The position numbers and the translations under genes are program-made. Below the pieces are notes generated by a model. The model did no database searches, had not been told where the DNA came from, and saw nothing but the letters and a program-made list of their open reading frames with translations. A stretch of DNA of 64,000 bases, taken from IMG/VR virus record IMGVR_UViG_3300005253_001911. One strand, written 5' to 3'. Below are positions 18,946 to 28,593 of the stretch, piece by piece. The DNA comes from an uncultured virus (IMG/VR IMGVR_UViG_3300005253_001911) (taxonomy: Duplodnaviria; Heunggongvirae; Uroviricota; Caudoviricetes). Positions within the stretch are counted from its first letter, which is position 1; each line of letters opens with the position of its first letter.

Positions 18946-19895
18946 AACTGTTCCTCCAAATAGTCTACTAGTTTTTTCATATTTACTTCTCTACTACTTA
19001 TATTATTCACTAAATGATCATACATCTTATCAACTAGATCCCAGTTCGGATTTTTTATAATCTCTGCTGCCTGCTCTATATTCCTTGCTTCATACACCAT
19101 AGCAGTATCGCCATCAAATGCATAATCCATACACATACCGTTCATTGGAGCATCACTACATATTATCAAACACCCACACAAAGCAGCTTCCATCGAAACA
19201 TTAAAGAGCCCCTCAAGTTCAGTAGGGGCAAACCATATATCACATGAGTTATAGACATTATTTAACTCATCTATAGAAATATTAGCCCAAAAAGCAGAAA
19301 GAAACCCGTCCTTTCTTTCTTTATCCCCTATACCAACATACTCATAGTCATCATGGCCTAATATACTAGCCAGCTCAACAAAATCTTCCCATCTTTTAGT
19401 TGGCTTGCCGTTATATAAGCATCCTATTCTTATTTTTTTCTGCCCTAACTCACGATAGCGTAACCTACGATCTTCCCACATACCTAAATCAATACCAGAA
19501 TAAACCACTACAGAATCAGCTCTATAAGTAGTAAGTTTTTGTTGCAATCCTTTAGAATTCACTATATTTAATATGTTTGGATTTCTATAATAATCCTCCA
19601 GTAAATATTCTGGCGCTGACCAAGACTCATGTCCTCTAATGTACCACGCTTTTTTATCGACATTACTACGTAAAGTACCAACAACATCTGAGTTAGCCAC
19701 AGCAATTATAACGTCAAGATCATTGGGCATATATCTTACAGGCGGTTTATGTTCAAACCACGTGAACTTATCCGCAACAGTTATAATATCACACTCATGC
19801 CCTATTGAATTTAGAGCCTCACAACATTTTATAATAGTTTTGGTTCCACCATTATTACCAAGTCCACTATTGGAACTATTAAACGCTAATTTCAT
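18942..19895 (-). CDS. GT4-family glycosyltransferase
   Basis: NGGTK, SGID, EGLFNVSMEAALCG (EX7E). Confidence 0.85.
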   Translation of the reverse strand: MKLAFNSSNSGLGNNGGTKTIIKCCEALNSIGHECDIITVADKFTWFEHKPPVRYMPNDLDVIIAVANSDVVGTLRSNVDKKAWYIRGHESWSAPEYLLEDYYRNPNILNIVNSKGLQQKLTTYRADSVVVYSGIDLGMWEDRRLRYRELGQKKIRIGCLYNGKPTKRWEDFVELASILGHDDYEYVGIGDKERKDGFLSAFWANISIDELNNVYNSCDIWFAPTELEGLFNVSMEAALCGCLIICSDAPMNGMCMDYAFDGDTAMVYEARNIEQAAEIIKNPNWDLVDKMYDHLVNNISSREVNMKKLVDYLEEQL

Positions 19896-20976
19896 CTATT
19901 TTCTCCCTTATAAATTTACCAGCATGATCAAGAGATAAATTCTCTTCATAATATTTTCTTGGATTATAATATTCTAAATGATTTAATACCATTTCTACAG
20001 TACTCCAAAAATTCTCTTGACTAGTTAATTCGCCTGTAGCATCCTTAGTACAAGAATCAACAACACTTACCATATATCTGTTTTGCCAAAATCTTATAAT
20101 AGTACTCCAGAAATTCTTTTTATTAGTTAATTTGTTTGTAGCATCATCAGCCCATGAATTATTAGCACTTACTATATATTTACTTTGCCAAAATCTTATA
20201 TCGTCCAAAACTATTATAGGTATTCCACACGCTAACATTTCAGGTATTACTCTCGGACATGAATCTACTCTACTATTAACAGCCACTATGCCTACTTTAC
20301 ATCTAGATATATTTTTAGCCATACCAGTTCGTGAAGATCTAAGGGATGTGACATTATCACCATGCGCATATCTCTTAGGTCTATTACCAAGATTTAATAA
20401 TTTTATATTTTTCGGTACCGTACTATATACAAAATTGTGCCCTTTGAACGATTGAGATGCATTAGCTGGAAAGCATACATCAAAATCCTTTTTACAATCA
20501 ATAGGATAAAATACATTATCGGCTGCTGGTTTGACATATAATGTCGTCAAAGCCTTTGGAAATTGTGCCTTACATATCTCTACCTGCTCAGGTGAGTCCT
20601 GTAATATAATATCATAGTCGTGAAATCCTGGCTGTGGCAAAAATCTATTCCCGGCACCATAATAAATCTTAACAGCCTTAGGAAACCTTTTTAGAATTGT
20701 ATGATATTCTTGAAAGCCTCCTCTACAAAATATAACATCAGGAACAAATTCAGTTTCATAATTTTCAAAAAACGGAACCCAACGCTCAGTAAAATTTTCT
20801 GTAAATTTCTTAGTCCTTTTTCCTCCCCAATACCACAACTCACTGCTATCATTATCCTCTAACATAGCAAAAAATAATTGAGACCATACATCATCAATGT
20901 CTTCGCGCTTATCAAACATAATTTCTTTTGCATTTCTATCCTGAGGCACTTGTCCTCTTAGCATTAAAAATTTCAT
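19879..20976 (-). CDS. GT-B glycosyltransferase with an internal 34-aa tandem duplication
   Basis: KGH, DSCPRVIPEMLACGIPII; duplicated IRFWQ...NFWST segment. Confidence 0.75.
   Translation of the reverse strand: MKFLMLRGQVPQDRNAKEIMFDKREDIDDVWSQLFFAMLEDNDSSELWYWGGKRTKKFTENFTERWVPFFENYETEFVPDVIFCRGGFQEYHTILKRFPKAVKIYYGAGNRFLPQPGFHDYDIILQDSPEQVEICKAQFPKALTTLYVKPAADNVFYPIDCKKDFDVCFPANASQSFKGHNFVYSTVPKNIKLLNLGNRPKRYAHGDNVTSLRSSRTGMAKNISRCKVGIVAVNSRVDSCPRVIPEMLACGIPIIVLDDIRFWQSKYIVSANNSWADDATNKLTNKKNFWSTIIRFWQNRYMVSVVDSCTKDATGELTSQENFWSTVEMVLNHLEYYNPRKYYEENLSLDHAGKFIREKIDEISV
19999..20199. repeat. Two diverged tandem copies of a 102-bp unit inside a GT gene
   Basis: AGTACTCCA(A/G)AAATTCT...TAGTTAATT...TGTAGCATC...CACTTAC...TTTGCCAAAATCTTATA starting at 19999 and again at 20101. 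Confidence 0.9.
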
Positions 20977-20985
20977 TTCTACCCC

Positions 20986-21666
20986 TTATTTATCATAAAT
21001 TAATAATTTTTTCCACTCATCATGAATTCTTAAATCATCACGCCCCTGATGATCTGTGAACACATAGCATGGCATTTCGTGCCATAGAGCCCAATATAAC
21101 AACACACTTGGAAACCCAACAAAAGATTTACTCGTAGATACAGCCCCTAATGCTTGAACAAAAGAAAGTTCCCCGCAATGATTGACGCCATAATCAACTT
21201 TAAAATCTTTATCAGTTCCAAGCCATAGTATCTTATCTTTATCATAGTTCTCGCTCACATACTCCACTACTGGCTTTTTCTTGTAGCTCCTATCACCGCC
21301 AGAATGTACCTGCACCGCAACACATTCAGACTTCTGTTCTGTACTTTCAGTGAATGGGTTATGATACCCCTCATCCACACATGGCTGCCAATGATATGGT
21401 CTACGAGGTATGTGTATATGTCCTTTAGAAAACACATTAAAGCACTTGTTGTAGTTACCATTGTTGGTGTACCACCATTCTCTTATATTGGTCACAACCT
21501 TACATTCATGTTGTATGCCAAAAAGATCCAATAATTCCATAGATAATTTAAGTCTATTAGCACTAGTATCTATATGTGTATAAATAAAAGGATTGGGATA
21601 TTCTAATAGTTTCAAAATAATTATGAAGCAGTCTCCCAAACCACCAAATCCTAAGCATTTATCCAT
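20986..21666 (-). CDS. GT9-like glycosyltransferase (short)
   Basis: GGLGD N-terminal motif, VAVQVHSG, FVGFPS. Confidence 0.6.
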   Translation of the reverse strand: MDKCLGFGGLGDCFIIILKLLEYPNPFIYTHIDTSANRLKLSMELLDLFGIQHECKVVTNIREWWYTNNGNYNKCFNVFSKGHIHIPRRPYHWQPCVDEGYHNPFTESTEQKSECVAVQVHSGGDRSYKKKPVVEYVSENYDKDKILWLGTDKDFKVDYGVNHCGELSFVQALGAVSTSKSFVGFPSVLLYWALWHEMPCYVFTDHQGRDDLRIHDEWKKLLIYDK

Positions 21667-22540
21667 TTAGTTCCTCCATTACAGCACTAGCTACTATCTC
21701 TGGGTCTATCTCCCTACACTCTCTATTTGTACAAGTTTTAAATCGCGGAGTATTCTGACACGACAGACAGTCTAACTTATCGTTCTGTAAAATCCTACTA
21801 TGTATATGAAATCTCTTATCATAGTTCTTTATAGTAGAAGTATAGGTAAATATAACTATATTTTTAGTACCAAGACCATTAGCATAGTGATACAAACCAC
21901 TATCATTACCAAGAAATAAGCCACTATTATATATAACTCCACCAGTAGCCAGTAATCCTAGGCCAGTTCTATCAATAGTCCCTTCTACATATTCTTCCTT
22001 ACTACCAACAGAACAAATCTCAAGATCACCCAGTAATTCAACTACTTCCTTATAATAAGGATAACCTTTTAGCCTCCAACTATCAGACACTTTACCTTTC
22101 TTATTATATCCATCATGTATAACTAAATCATACTCCTCTGTGAGAGGCGCGTAATTACATTTACCACCCCATAATAGATCTTCTTCTCTAGCACCAAGTT
22201 TTCTGGCAAGATCCATATATGTATCCACCTCAGACCGATCAGGTCTAACAGAATCAGACATAGCTAACAGTGGAATACGAACTAACGGTCCAACATTTAC
22301 ATGGTTCCTAGTCCAATAAGTGGATACCTTCCCTATGTAATCCTTTGGATTAATGTGACCAATTTCATTGCCACTGAACCACTTACTGGCATAAGGGGTT
22401 ATGTGAGGTATAGAGTAGTTACCAAATGCGTGCCAGACGTCGATTTCGAAGCCTAGGACCTCTTTTATAGTACGTATAGCAGGAATATTTTCTACAACAT
22501 TCCCAACTCCCTCTGCCGTCATGAAAAGTATTCGCCTCAT
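21659..22540 (-). CDS. GT9-family (heptosyltransferase-like) glycosyltransferase with C-terminal 4-Cys motif
   Basis: EGVGNVV, FLGNDSGLYHYA, CLSCQ...C....C. Confidence 0.8.
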   Translation of the reverse strand: MRRILFMTAEGVGNVVENIPAIRTIKEVLGFEIDVWHAFGNYSIPHITPYASKWFSGNEIGHINPKDYIGKVSTYWTRNHVNVGPLVRIPLLAMSDSVRPDRSEVDTYMDLARKLGAREEDLLWGGKCNYAPLTEEYDLVIHDGYNKKGKVSDSWRLKGYPYYKEVVELLGDLEICSVGSKEEYVEGTIDRTGLGLLATGGVIYNSGLFLGNDSGLYHYANGLGTKNIVIFTYTSTIKNYDKRFHIHSRILQNDKLDCLSCQNTPRFKTCTNRECREIDPEIVASAVMEELNG

Positions 22541-23457
22541 TATTTACCCCAGTGTATTACATCTTTAGACAAATATAAAGTCCCATTCCAGTCATCCAAC
22601 TTAGGAGAAAATGGATGAAAATCATCATATTGCTTGCTTTTTGTCATCTCATATAATTTATTATTATCTACTATAAATCTTAAATTTACTAACCTCTCAT
22701 CAAAACTCTTACCTGATAATTTACCCGGCCGATTTTTTCCGTAGAACCCTATATGTGTTTGTCTATTAATATCAGGCATAATTACATATTTATCTTCCTC
22801 TATCATCGCTACATCTACAAGACGATTGAGCATGCCGGCTTGTTCGTTGTGGCAATCGCCGCGCGATCCATATTTGTACCCCTCATCTCCCCAATGCTCT
22901 TGGTAGTTCTGATTAAGAGACACAACAAATCGAGATCTACTGTTATAATCTTTATAATACACAGGAGTAATACACGGTAATATATAGTCCTCAAAAAACT
23001 CTTTCATTATTATTGATCCCCATGCTGCATATCGATGAGTTCTAAAAACCTCATTTATTTCTTCTCCATTTTCAGGGGTATAAGCTGAGTATACACTGAC
23101 TTTAACATTATCCATATTCAGTAGTAGATCCATATACTGAAAGTAAGTCTTGTGTATACATATATCATCCTCTATGTAAATAACGTAATCAGAAGTCATT
23201 TCGAAAGCTTCTTTCATCCCCAGCAAAATATTTTTTGTAAGTCCGTGGTGTGAATTTCTCACTGTGACTCTGTGCTCATATGGATACTTCTTTATTACAT
23301 CTATAACATCTTTTGTATAACCCTTATCCAATACAAACAGTGTTATAAGATCGTCTGAAAATTTATAATACTCCCGAGCTACAATTTCATGTTCTATCGT
23401 TACTTGCAGCATTTCAGCTCGATTCCACGCTACTCGTAACACAATATTTTTACTCAT
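22540..23457 (-). CDS. Putative GT-A glycosyltransferase
   Basis: AWNRAE, HGLTKNI..G, IYIEDDI, WG, HIG..G. Confidence 0.7.
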   Translation of the reverse strand: MSKNIVLRVAWNRAEMLQVTIEHEIVAREYYKFSDDLITLFVLDKGYTKDVIDVIKKYPYEHRVTVRNSHHGLTKNILLGMKEAFEMTSDYVIYIEDDICIHKTYFQYMDLLLNMDNVKVSVYSAYTPENGEEINEVFRTHRYAAWGSIIMKEFFEDYILPCITPVYYKDYNSRSRFVVSLNQNYQEHWGDEGYKYGSRGDCHNEQAGMLNRLVDVAMIEEDKYVIMPDINRQTHIGFYGKNRPGKLSGKSFDERLVNLRFIVDNNKLYEMTKSKQYDDFHPFSPKLDDWNGTLYLSKDVIHWGK

Positions 23458-24572
23458 AGCGATTTAATTACCTCCATCATCTTCATACCCATCTGATCCC
23501 AGCTTAGATTCTTAGATATATAATCCTTCAACATCCCACCCTTATTAGCAGCCTCTGATTGATTATTATATACATGCCTCATCAAATTTATAGCGTTGCC
23601 CAGATCTGGCTCAGCCCACATTTGATCTCCCCTATACCAGGGCGATTGCGGCATTCCAAACACAGGGGTCATAGTATAATTAACAATATAACTATGTTCT
23701 GGCTTAGCATATTCGTTTACTCCGCCCAAACCAGTAACTATAATAGGATTACCAATAGCACCAGCCTCAAACGGAACCAGGCCAAATCCCTCACCACGAT
23801 CAAGACTTACAAGACAATCCCCAAATTTATGTAGACCCAATATTTCATCTCTACTAAGCATATCTCCTACTAAATAGATAGATGGATAACTATCCATAGG
23901 CATAATTTGTTTCAAACGCTTAATCATATCTTTCACAGCTTGTTTTTCCTGATCAGAAAATCCATTTCTATAAGTTTTCAAAATAAGAGCTACTTTTTCT
24001 TTATTCTGAAATGCATGCCAATATGATTTAAGTATTGCCATAGGGTGCTTACGTTCAATGAACTGCAAAATAGCATAAAATTTATAAGCATTAGGATCTA
24101 CTCCCCTAACACTATATGTATCAATATTGTCATACTCAAGCACATCAATTCCATGCGGCACTGAAAAAACCGGAATAACTACTCCTGATTTTCTATATAC
24201 TTCCACACTCCAATCACATGATACCATACACCCTTCTACATTATCGTTTATATAATCAGGCCAATCTTTGTGCAACTTATCGGTCTCCCATACACAATAA
24301 CCTACATTGAACTTTCCTGTTTCTCTTGCCTTAGACCAGTGTTCCGGTGTCAAATGAATTACCACAATATTATAATCAATATCTCTATTCACCAGGCTTT
24401 TTAAAATAACCCCATCTCGGCCCAGATCAACATGATCCTGTTCAAATGATACGGCTTTAATTGTTATAGGTATACCTAAACGGTGCAATGCAAGTATATA
24501 CCCTCTTGATGCCTGTGCATACCCACTAGCATCAAACACTGGTGCAACATACTTAATTCCTTTTATTTCCAT
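23454..24572 (-). CDS. GT4-family glycosyltransferase
   Basis: SGYAQA, WET, PHGID, ERK, RGEGFGLVPFEA, WAEPD. Confidence 0.88.
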   Translation of the reverse strand: MEIKGIKYVAPVFDASGYAQASRGYILALHRLGIPITIKAVSFEQDHVDLGRDGVILKSLVNRDIDYNIVVIHLTPEHWSKARETGKFNVGYCVWETDKLHKDWPDYINDNVEGCMVSCDWSVEVYRKSGVVIPVFSVPHGIDVLEYDNIDTYSVRGVDPNAYKFYAILQFIERKHPMAILKSYWHAFQNKEKVALILKTYRNGFSDQEKQAVKDMIKRLKQIMPMDSYPSIYLVGDMLSRDEILGLHKFGDCLVSLDRGEGFGLVPFEAGAIGNPIIVTGLGGVNEYAKPEHSYIVNYTMTPVFGMPQSPWYRGDQMWAEPDLGNAINLMRHVYNNQSEAANKGGMLKDYISKNLSWDQMGMKMMEVIKSL

Positions 24573-24574
24573 AA

Positions 24575-25957
24575 TTATATCTCCTCAGCATCTATTGATC
24601 CACCACTTTTCTTCTTACCTTTACCTATTTGACCAAGCACATCTTCTACTTCTTTACTTACCTGCTGAGTATCCTGATATGCCTTATCAAATATTTTCAC
24701 CCACATGGGAGCTATATTCTTTTGCCAGTCCATCTCAGTAGTAATCCACTTATACCCATTCTCAGCTCTACGCTTAGCTTCATCTCTATTATTATAAACA
24801 TCCAACAAAATCTTTACCAAATCCTCAGTGTCTGTCAATGGACGCATAACCTCATTATCATGCTGTATTACTGTCCATAAACTAGATTTATTACCACTCT
24901 TACACAGATAACCTGTTTCCTCAGTAATGTACTCAGGTAACATAGTATTATCTGGCATAACTATAGGCACTTTAGCAGCCATAGCTTCCATCCATGCAAG
25001 TCCAAAACCCTCTCCCAGAGTAGTACTGATGATAACATCACTTGCATTATATAAAAGGTTTAATACTTCGCGTGGGTATCCTTGATTAGGTCCAAAATTT
25101 TTCGGAAAAATAACATCCTTACTAATGTCCATACCCATTTCATCACATACGGCCTTCAAATCCCATCCTTGATCTTTCATGGCCATGTGTAGATACAAAA
25201 TAGATTCAGGCACTATCTTTCTGAACTCTTTAAATGCCATAATAGTTCTTGGTACATCTTTTCTTTGTTGATTTCTATTGACATTTGCTATAATAAAATA
25301 ATCCTTATAAGGGCCGAAATACTGGCTCCTAAATTCTTCCACCTTCTCCTTATCAATAGGAAAATATTCTCTTGGATCCACACCATGGGGCACCACTTGA
25401 ATATCATCCCTATGAGGTAATACTTTTAGACTTTCTTGCCTACCAAACTCAGAATAGGCAACCAAATAATCAGCCGGATCAATATTCTTGCTCCATTTTT
25501 TTTTCAATACTGAATCAATCGGGTAGTATAAGATGGATTTGAACGGTGTCTGTCTATTCTTATGCAAGTGGGGTATTAGTTTAGGTATGAACTCCATTAT
25601 AAAACTATCTTGCAAGAAAAATAATATATCAAATTCCATCGTTGGTACCATATCCAGCACTTTCTGTCTTCCATAAGGATCCTTCTGCTGATTAGTACCA
25701 GTCGGCCAGATCCTGTATGGCATATCATGTGGATCGCCCCAAAAATTTATCCCAAGTATATCAATATCATACCTACCAGTATTATACAGTCCTTCAAATA
25801 TATTCCTACTAACTGTTCCAAATCCAGTAGCGCATGTGGGAGAGTCACAGTATGCAAGAACCTTAATTTTATTGCCCTGCGCTTTCATTCTGGGCACCAT
25901 AGGTTTGTTCGCCATTGGTTTACCACTCCTTCTCTTACTGGTCCTACTCTTAGCCAT
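24575..25957 (-). CDS. GT4-family glycosyltransferase
   Basis: DSPTCATGFG, PHGVD, NRNQQRK, GEGFGLAWMEAMA. Confidence 0.9.
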   Translation of the reverse strand: MAKSRTSKRRSGKPMANKPMVPRMKAQGNKIKVLAYCDSPTCATGFGTVSRNIFEGLYNTGRYDIDILGINFWGDPHDMPYRIWPTGTNQQKDPYGRQKVLDMVPTMEFDILFFLQDSFIMEFIPKLIPHLHKNRQTPFKSILYYPIDSVLKKKWSKNIDPADYLVAYSEFGRQESLKVLPHRDDIQVVPHGVDPREYFPIDKEKVEEFRSQYFGPYKDYFIIANVNRNQQRKDVPRTIMAFKEFRKIVPESILYLHMAMKDQGWDLKAVCDEMGMDISKDVIFPKNFGPNQGYPREVLNLLYNASDVIISTTLGEGFGLAWMEAMAAKVPIVMPDNTMLPEYITEETGYLCKSGNKSSLWTVIQHDNEVMRPLTDTEDLVKILLDVYNNRDEAKRRAENGYKWITTEMDWQKNIAPMWVKIFDKAYQDTQQVSKEVEDVLGQIGKGKKKSGGSIDAEEI

Positions 25958-26621
25958 AATAATTTCTCCTTTGTATACTTTGATCGTATAATCTTTGCCA
26001 ATATTTTCTATTAGTATTAGCTCTTGAATTACATGAGTTACATAAAGTGATTAAGTTATTTGGATCACAATTCTTTTTAACATAATTAACATGATGAATA
26101 GTTAATCTTTTACTAGTCCCCCAGCAATATGGATTTTGACAAGTATAATCATCTCTTTCTTTAATTGACTCTTTATATTCCTTATCTATCCATATATCAC
26201 AATAAGGCTCACAAGAAATGCCGCCCTTCCAGTTTGAATTATCAACACCTGATCTTTTTATATATGAACAAACCCAACACCGCCTACCCATCAACCATTT
26301 ATTCCAAGAAATTCTATAATCATGTCCAAATAAACAAATACAATCTAATTTTTGCTTGTTATCTATATATTCATTGGTCAAAAGTACATAACCTTCCTTT
26401 TCAAATTCTTTCCTAATAAACTCTATATCAGGTTTTACTTGTCCAGCACAGTAAGGACATCTATAACCATTTTTAAAATTATTCCAATTTATATCATGTC
26501 CATGTCCTTTTGAACAAATATATTTTAATTTTTGAAAAGCACCTATATACTTATCTGTTAAAAGAGTATATCCCTCTTTTTCCATTTCACTCTTGACAAA
26601 TTCATATGTCAATTTCCGCAC
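25950..26621 (-). CDS. HNH homing-endonuclease-like protein with 2 Zn-ribbon repeats
   Basis: Two C-x2-GH...W...G.RC..C repeats, NWKGG, RDDYTCQNPYC, IHHVNY.K.N...NLITLCNSCN. Confidence 0.85.
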   Translation of the reverse strand: MRKLTYEFVKSEMEKEGYTLLTDKYIGAFQKLKYICSKGHGHDINWNNFKNGYRCPYCAGQVKPDIEFIRKEFEKEGYVLLTNEYIDNKQKLDCICLFGHDYRISWNKWLMGRRCWVCSYIKRSGVDNSNWKGGISCEPYCDIWIDKEYKESIKERDDYTCQNPYCWGTSKRLTIHHVNYVKKNCDPNNLITLCNSCNSRANTNRKYWQRLYDQSIQRRNYYG

Positions 26622-26633
26622 AGTTTTACCCCT

Positions 26634-27770
26634 TTATTTCTTAATAGTCTTGTAAGCTAAAAATGGTGCAGTATAAGTCTTTTTAGACTCTTCTATAATC
26701 TTAGCTTTATGTACTGGATTTCTTATTAGATAACTATCTACTTCTTTTTTAGACATAGATACCATCTTTAAGAACTCCTTTATAGGCACGCATTCATGTA
26801 TAGTTTTTATATCATACGCTGTTCTCGCATTCTGTCTGATATATAGTTTTTTACCCTGCCCAATAACATCCTCTTCACCAGTCTTAATTTTTTCCATTAT
26901 ATAGGTCTTTAATTGTCGTTCTCTGTTATCCAGTATTCGTTTCTTACTTTTTACTTCAAGATAATCTTTTACCAGTTCCTCGTCGTTGTAATCCTCGGGA
27001 TTTTTTTTAATAAAACTCGCACCTGACAGTGCTTCCTGATATGCAGTACAATTATCAGTAAAATCACACCAACAACACATATCATTTAGCATCGGAGGGC
27101 AGTCTTCCTTCTCAAGTTTCAACATCTCTTCATAAATAGCCAACATATATCTCATAAATTCAGCACGTTCTTCATCAGTTCTATAAGTATAGACCGGATT
27201 ACCTCTCAAATAATCAAGTGATAGTATAATACGCTTATATTCTGGGTATTTTATACTTGCGACTACATCATAAATCGATAGCTGTATGTCAGACTTCAGT
27301 TCATCAGCCGTCTCAAAATATTTAGAAGTTTTATAATCAACAACAAGAAGAGTTTCCTCACTCAATGCTTCAACCTTATCCATGGCACCAGTCATCATAA
27401 CTCCTTCGTCAGTCGTCACATGAAACCTGTCTTCCACTGTCAGTATTGTACCATTTGCAAAGTCATTTACTCTTGCCATTACCATTTGCAAACCATCATG
27501 GTATATATTTGTATCTGCAATACCCTCTCTTGCGGCTAATGTATTATATAAATCCCTGATACGTTCTATATCAGCTGTAGTAAACTGCTCATTCTTTTTC
27601 CAAATTTCGCCTGCTAATGCTAATGCATCATGCACTGCTATACCAAGTTTGAACGATACGTTAGATTTTCTCGGCAATTTTAGTATATAATTGCAGCAAT
27701 ATTTCCATCGGCAACTCAAGTACATTTGCATCCGCGTGGCAGACATTATTATATTCTTTTTCTTAGGCAT
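26634..27770 (-). CDS. PD-(D/E)XK exonuclease, Cas4/RecB-like
   Basis: SAT.....SC, G.AVH, E, GAMDKV, VVDYKT, QLSIY, CCWCDFTDNC (Fe-S staple-like). Confidence 0.85.
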   Translation of the reverse strand: MPKKKNIIMSATRMQMYLSCRWKYCCNYILKLPRKSNVSFKLGIAVHDALALAGEIWKKNEQFTTADIERIRDLYNTLAAREGIADTNIYHDGLQMVMARVNDFANGTILTVEDRFHVTTDEGVMMTGAMDKVEALSEETLLVVDYKTSKYFETADELKSDIQLSIYDVVASIKYPEYKRIILSLDYLRGNPVYTYRTDEERAEFMRYMLAIYEEMLKLEKEDCPPMLNDMCCWCDFTDNCTAYQEALSGASFIKKNPEDYNDEELVKDYLEVKSKKRILDNRERQLKTYIMEKIKTGEEDVIGQGKKLYIRQNARTAYDIKTIHECVPIKEFLKMVSMSKKEVDSYLIRNPVHKAKIIEESKKTYTAPFLAYKTIKK

Positions 27771-28243
27771 TATCCCTTCTCCTTTAAAATCTCATTCCAA
27801 TACAACGCTTGAAGTATAGCATCCGTAATATCGTTGCCTGTTTCAAAAGTGTATTTCTTTAGTTTTACTTTATATTTATTCTTCACATATTCAAATACGT
27901 CTTCTTTAGTCTTCAGTTCATAATAACTTCTAATTGTTTGAGGGCTTATAAATAGAGGTTCTGCACCCAGCTCTAAAAAACACTCTAAATTTAGCACCCC
28001 TGTGAACTGCATTAGCACTTTCAGTGTTTTAACATTCTTCAAGTAAGTCTCTTCTATTATCACATAGTCCGGAAAATATGTCTTAAATAGAACATTAGAT
28101 GCGCTCTTAAACCAATAGAGTTTTTCCTGTAAGCGGTAGCTCTTGGGAGGTTCTATGGTCCCAAACTCTCGAATTTTTCCATGAAACATAAAAGCCCATC
28201 CAGTAGAAACAGATGATACATCAAATGATAATATTTTACTCAT
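27770..28243 (-). CDS. RuvC-like Holliday junction resolvase
   Basis: ILSFDVSSVSTGWA, VIIEE, DITDAI. Confidence 0.8.
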   Translation of the reverse strand: MSKILSFDVSSVSTGWAFMFHGKIREFGTIEPPKSYRLQEKLYWFKSASNVLFKTYFPDYVIIEETYLKNVKTLKVLMQFTGVLNLECFLELGAEPLFISPQTIRSYYELKTKEDVFEYVKNKYKVKLKKYTFETGNDITDAILQALYWNEILKEKG

Positions 28244-28592
28244 GTCTCAATATCTCCCATTCAAAACCACACATACCGCATGCATAGGTAGAATCGTCCT
28301 TCTCATGGACAGTTGGTGAGCTACACCGCACACAATGGTCAATTAAGTCCGTCATAGTACTTGCATCAAATGGCTCCGAGCCCATAGTTTTAATAAACTC
28401 TTCGAACGCTTCATCAATATTTTCATCCTCCATCGACGCGCCATCCATAAATTCACCATTATTTGTTCTATATGTATAGTCACAATTTGTACATACGCAA
28501 TACCCTATTTCCATATTAGACTCACAATGATTACATTGTATATCGTCTGTATGTAGAACTAAAGCTTCTTTTTTACATTGTGGACATTTCAT
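28236..28592 (-). CDS. Multi-Zn-ribbon hypothetical protein
   Basis: CPQC, CNHC, CTNC, CVRC, CGMC. Confidence 0.7.
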   Translation of the reverse strand: MKCPQCKKEALVLHTDDIQCNHCESNMEIGYCVCTNCDYTYRTNNGEFMDGASMEDENIDEAFEEFIKTMGSEPFDASTMTDLIDHCVRCSSPTVHEKDDSTYACGMCGFEWEILRHE

Positions 28593-28593
28593 T

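Noticed and set aside
1499..25957. Ordinary bacterial O-antigen or capsule locus
   Set aside because: No flippase, polymerase, chain-length, ABC export or priming transferase gene is recognisable, and the flanks are phage-like.
26634..28243. CRISPR-Cas or TnpB system suggested by the Cas4-like and RuvC-like genes
   Set aside because: No repeat-spacer array or cas1/cas2; the RuvC-like protein is 157 aa, resolvase-sized.
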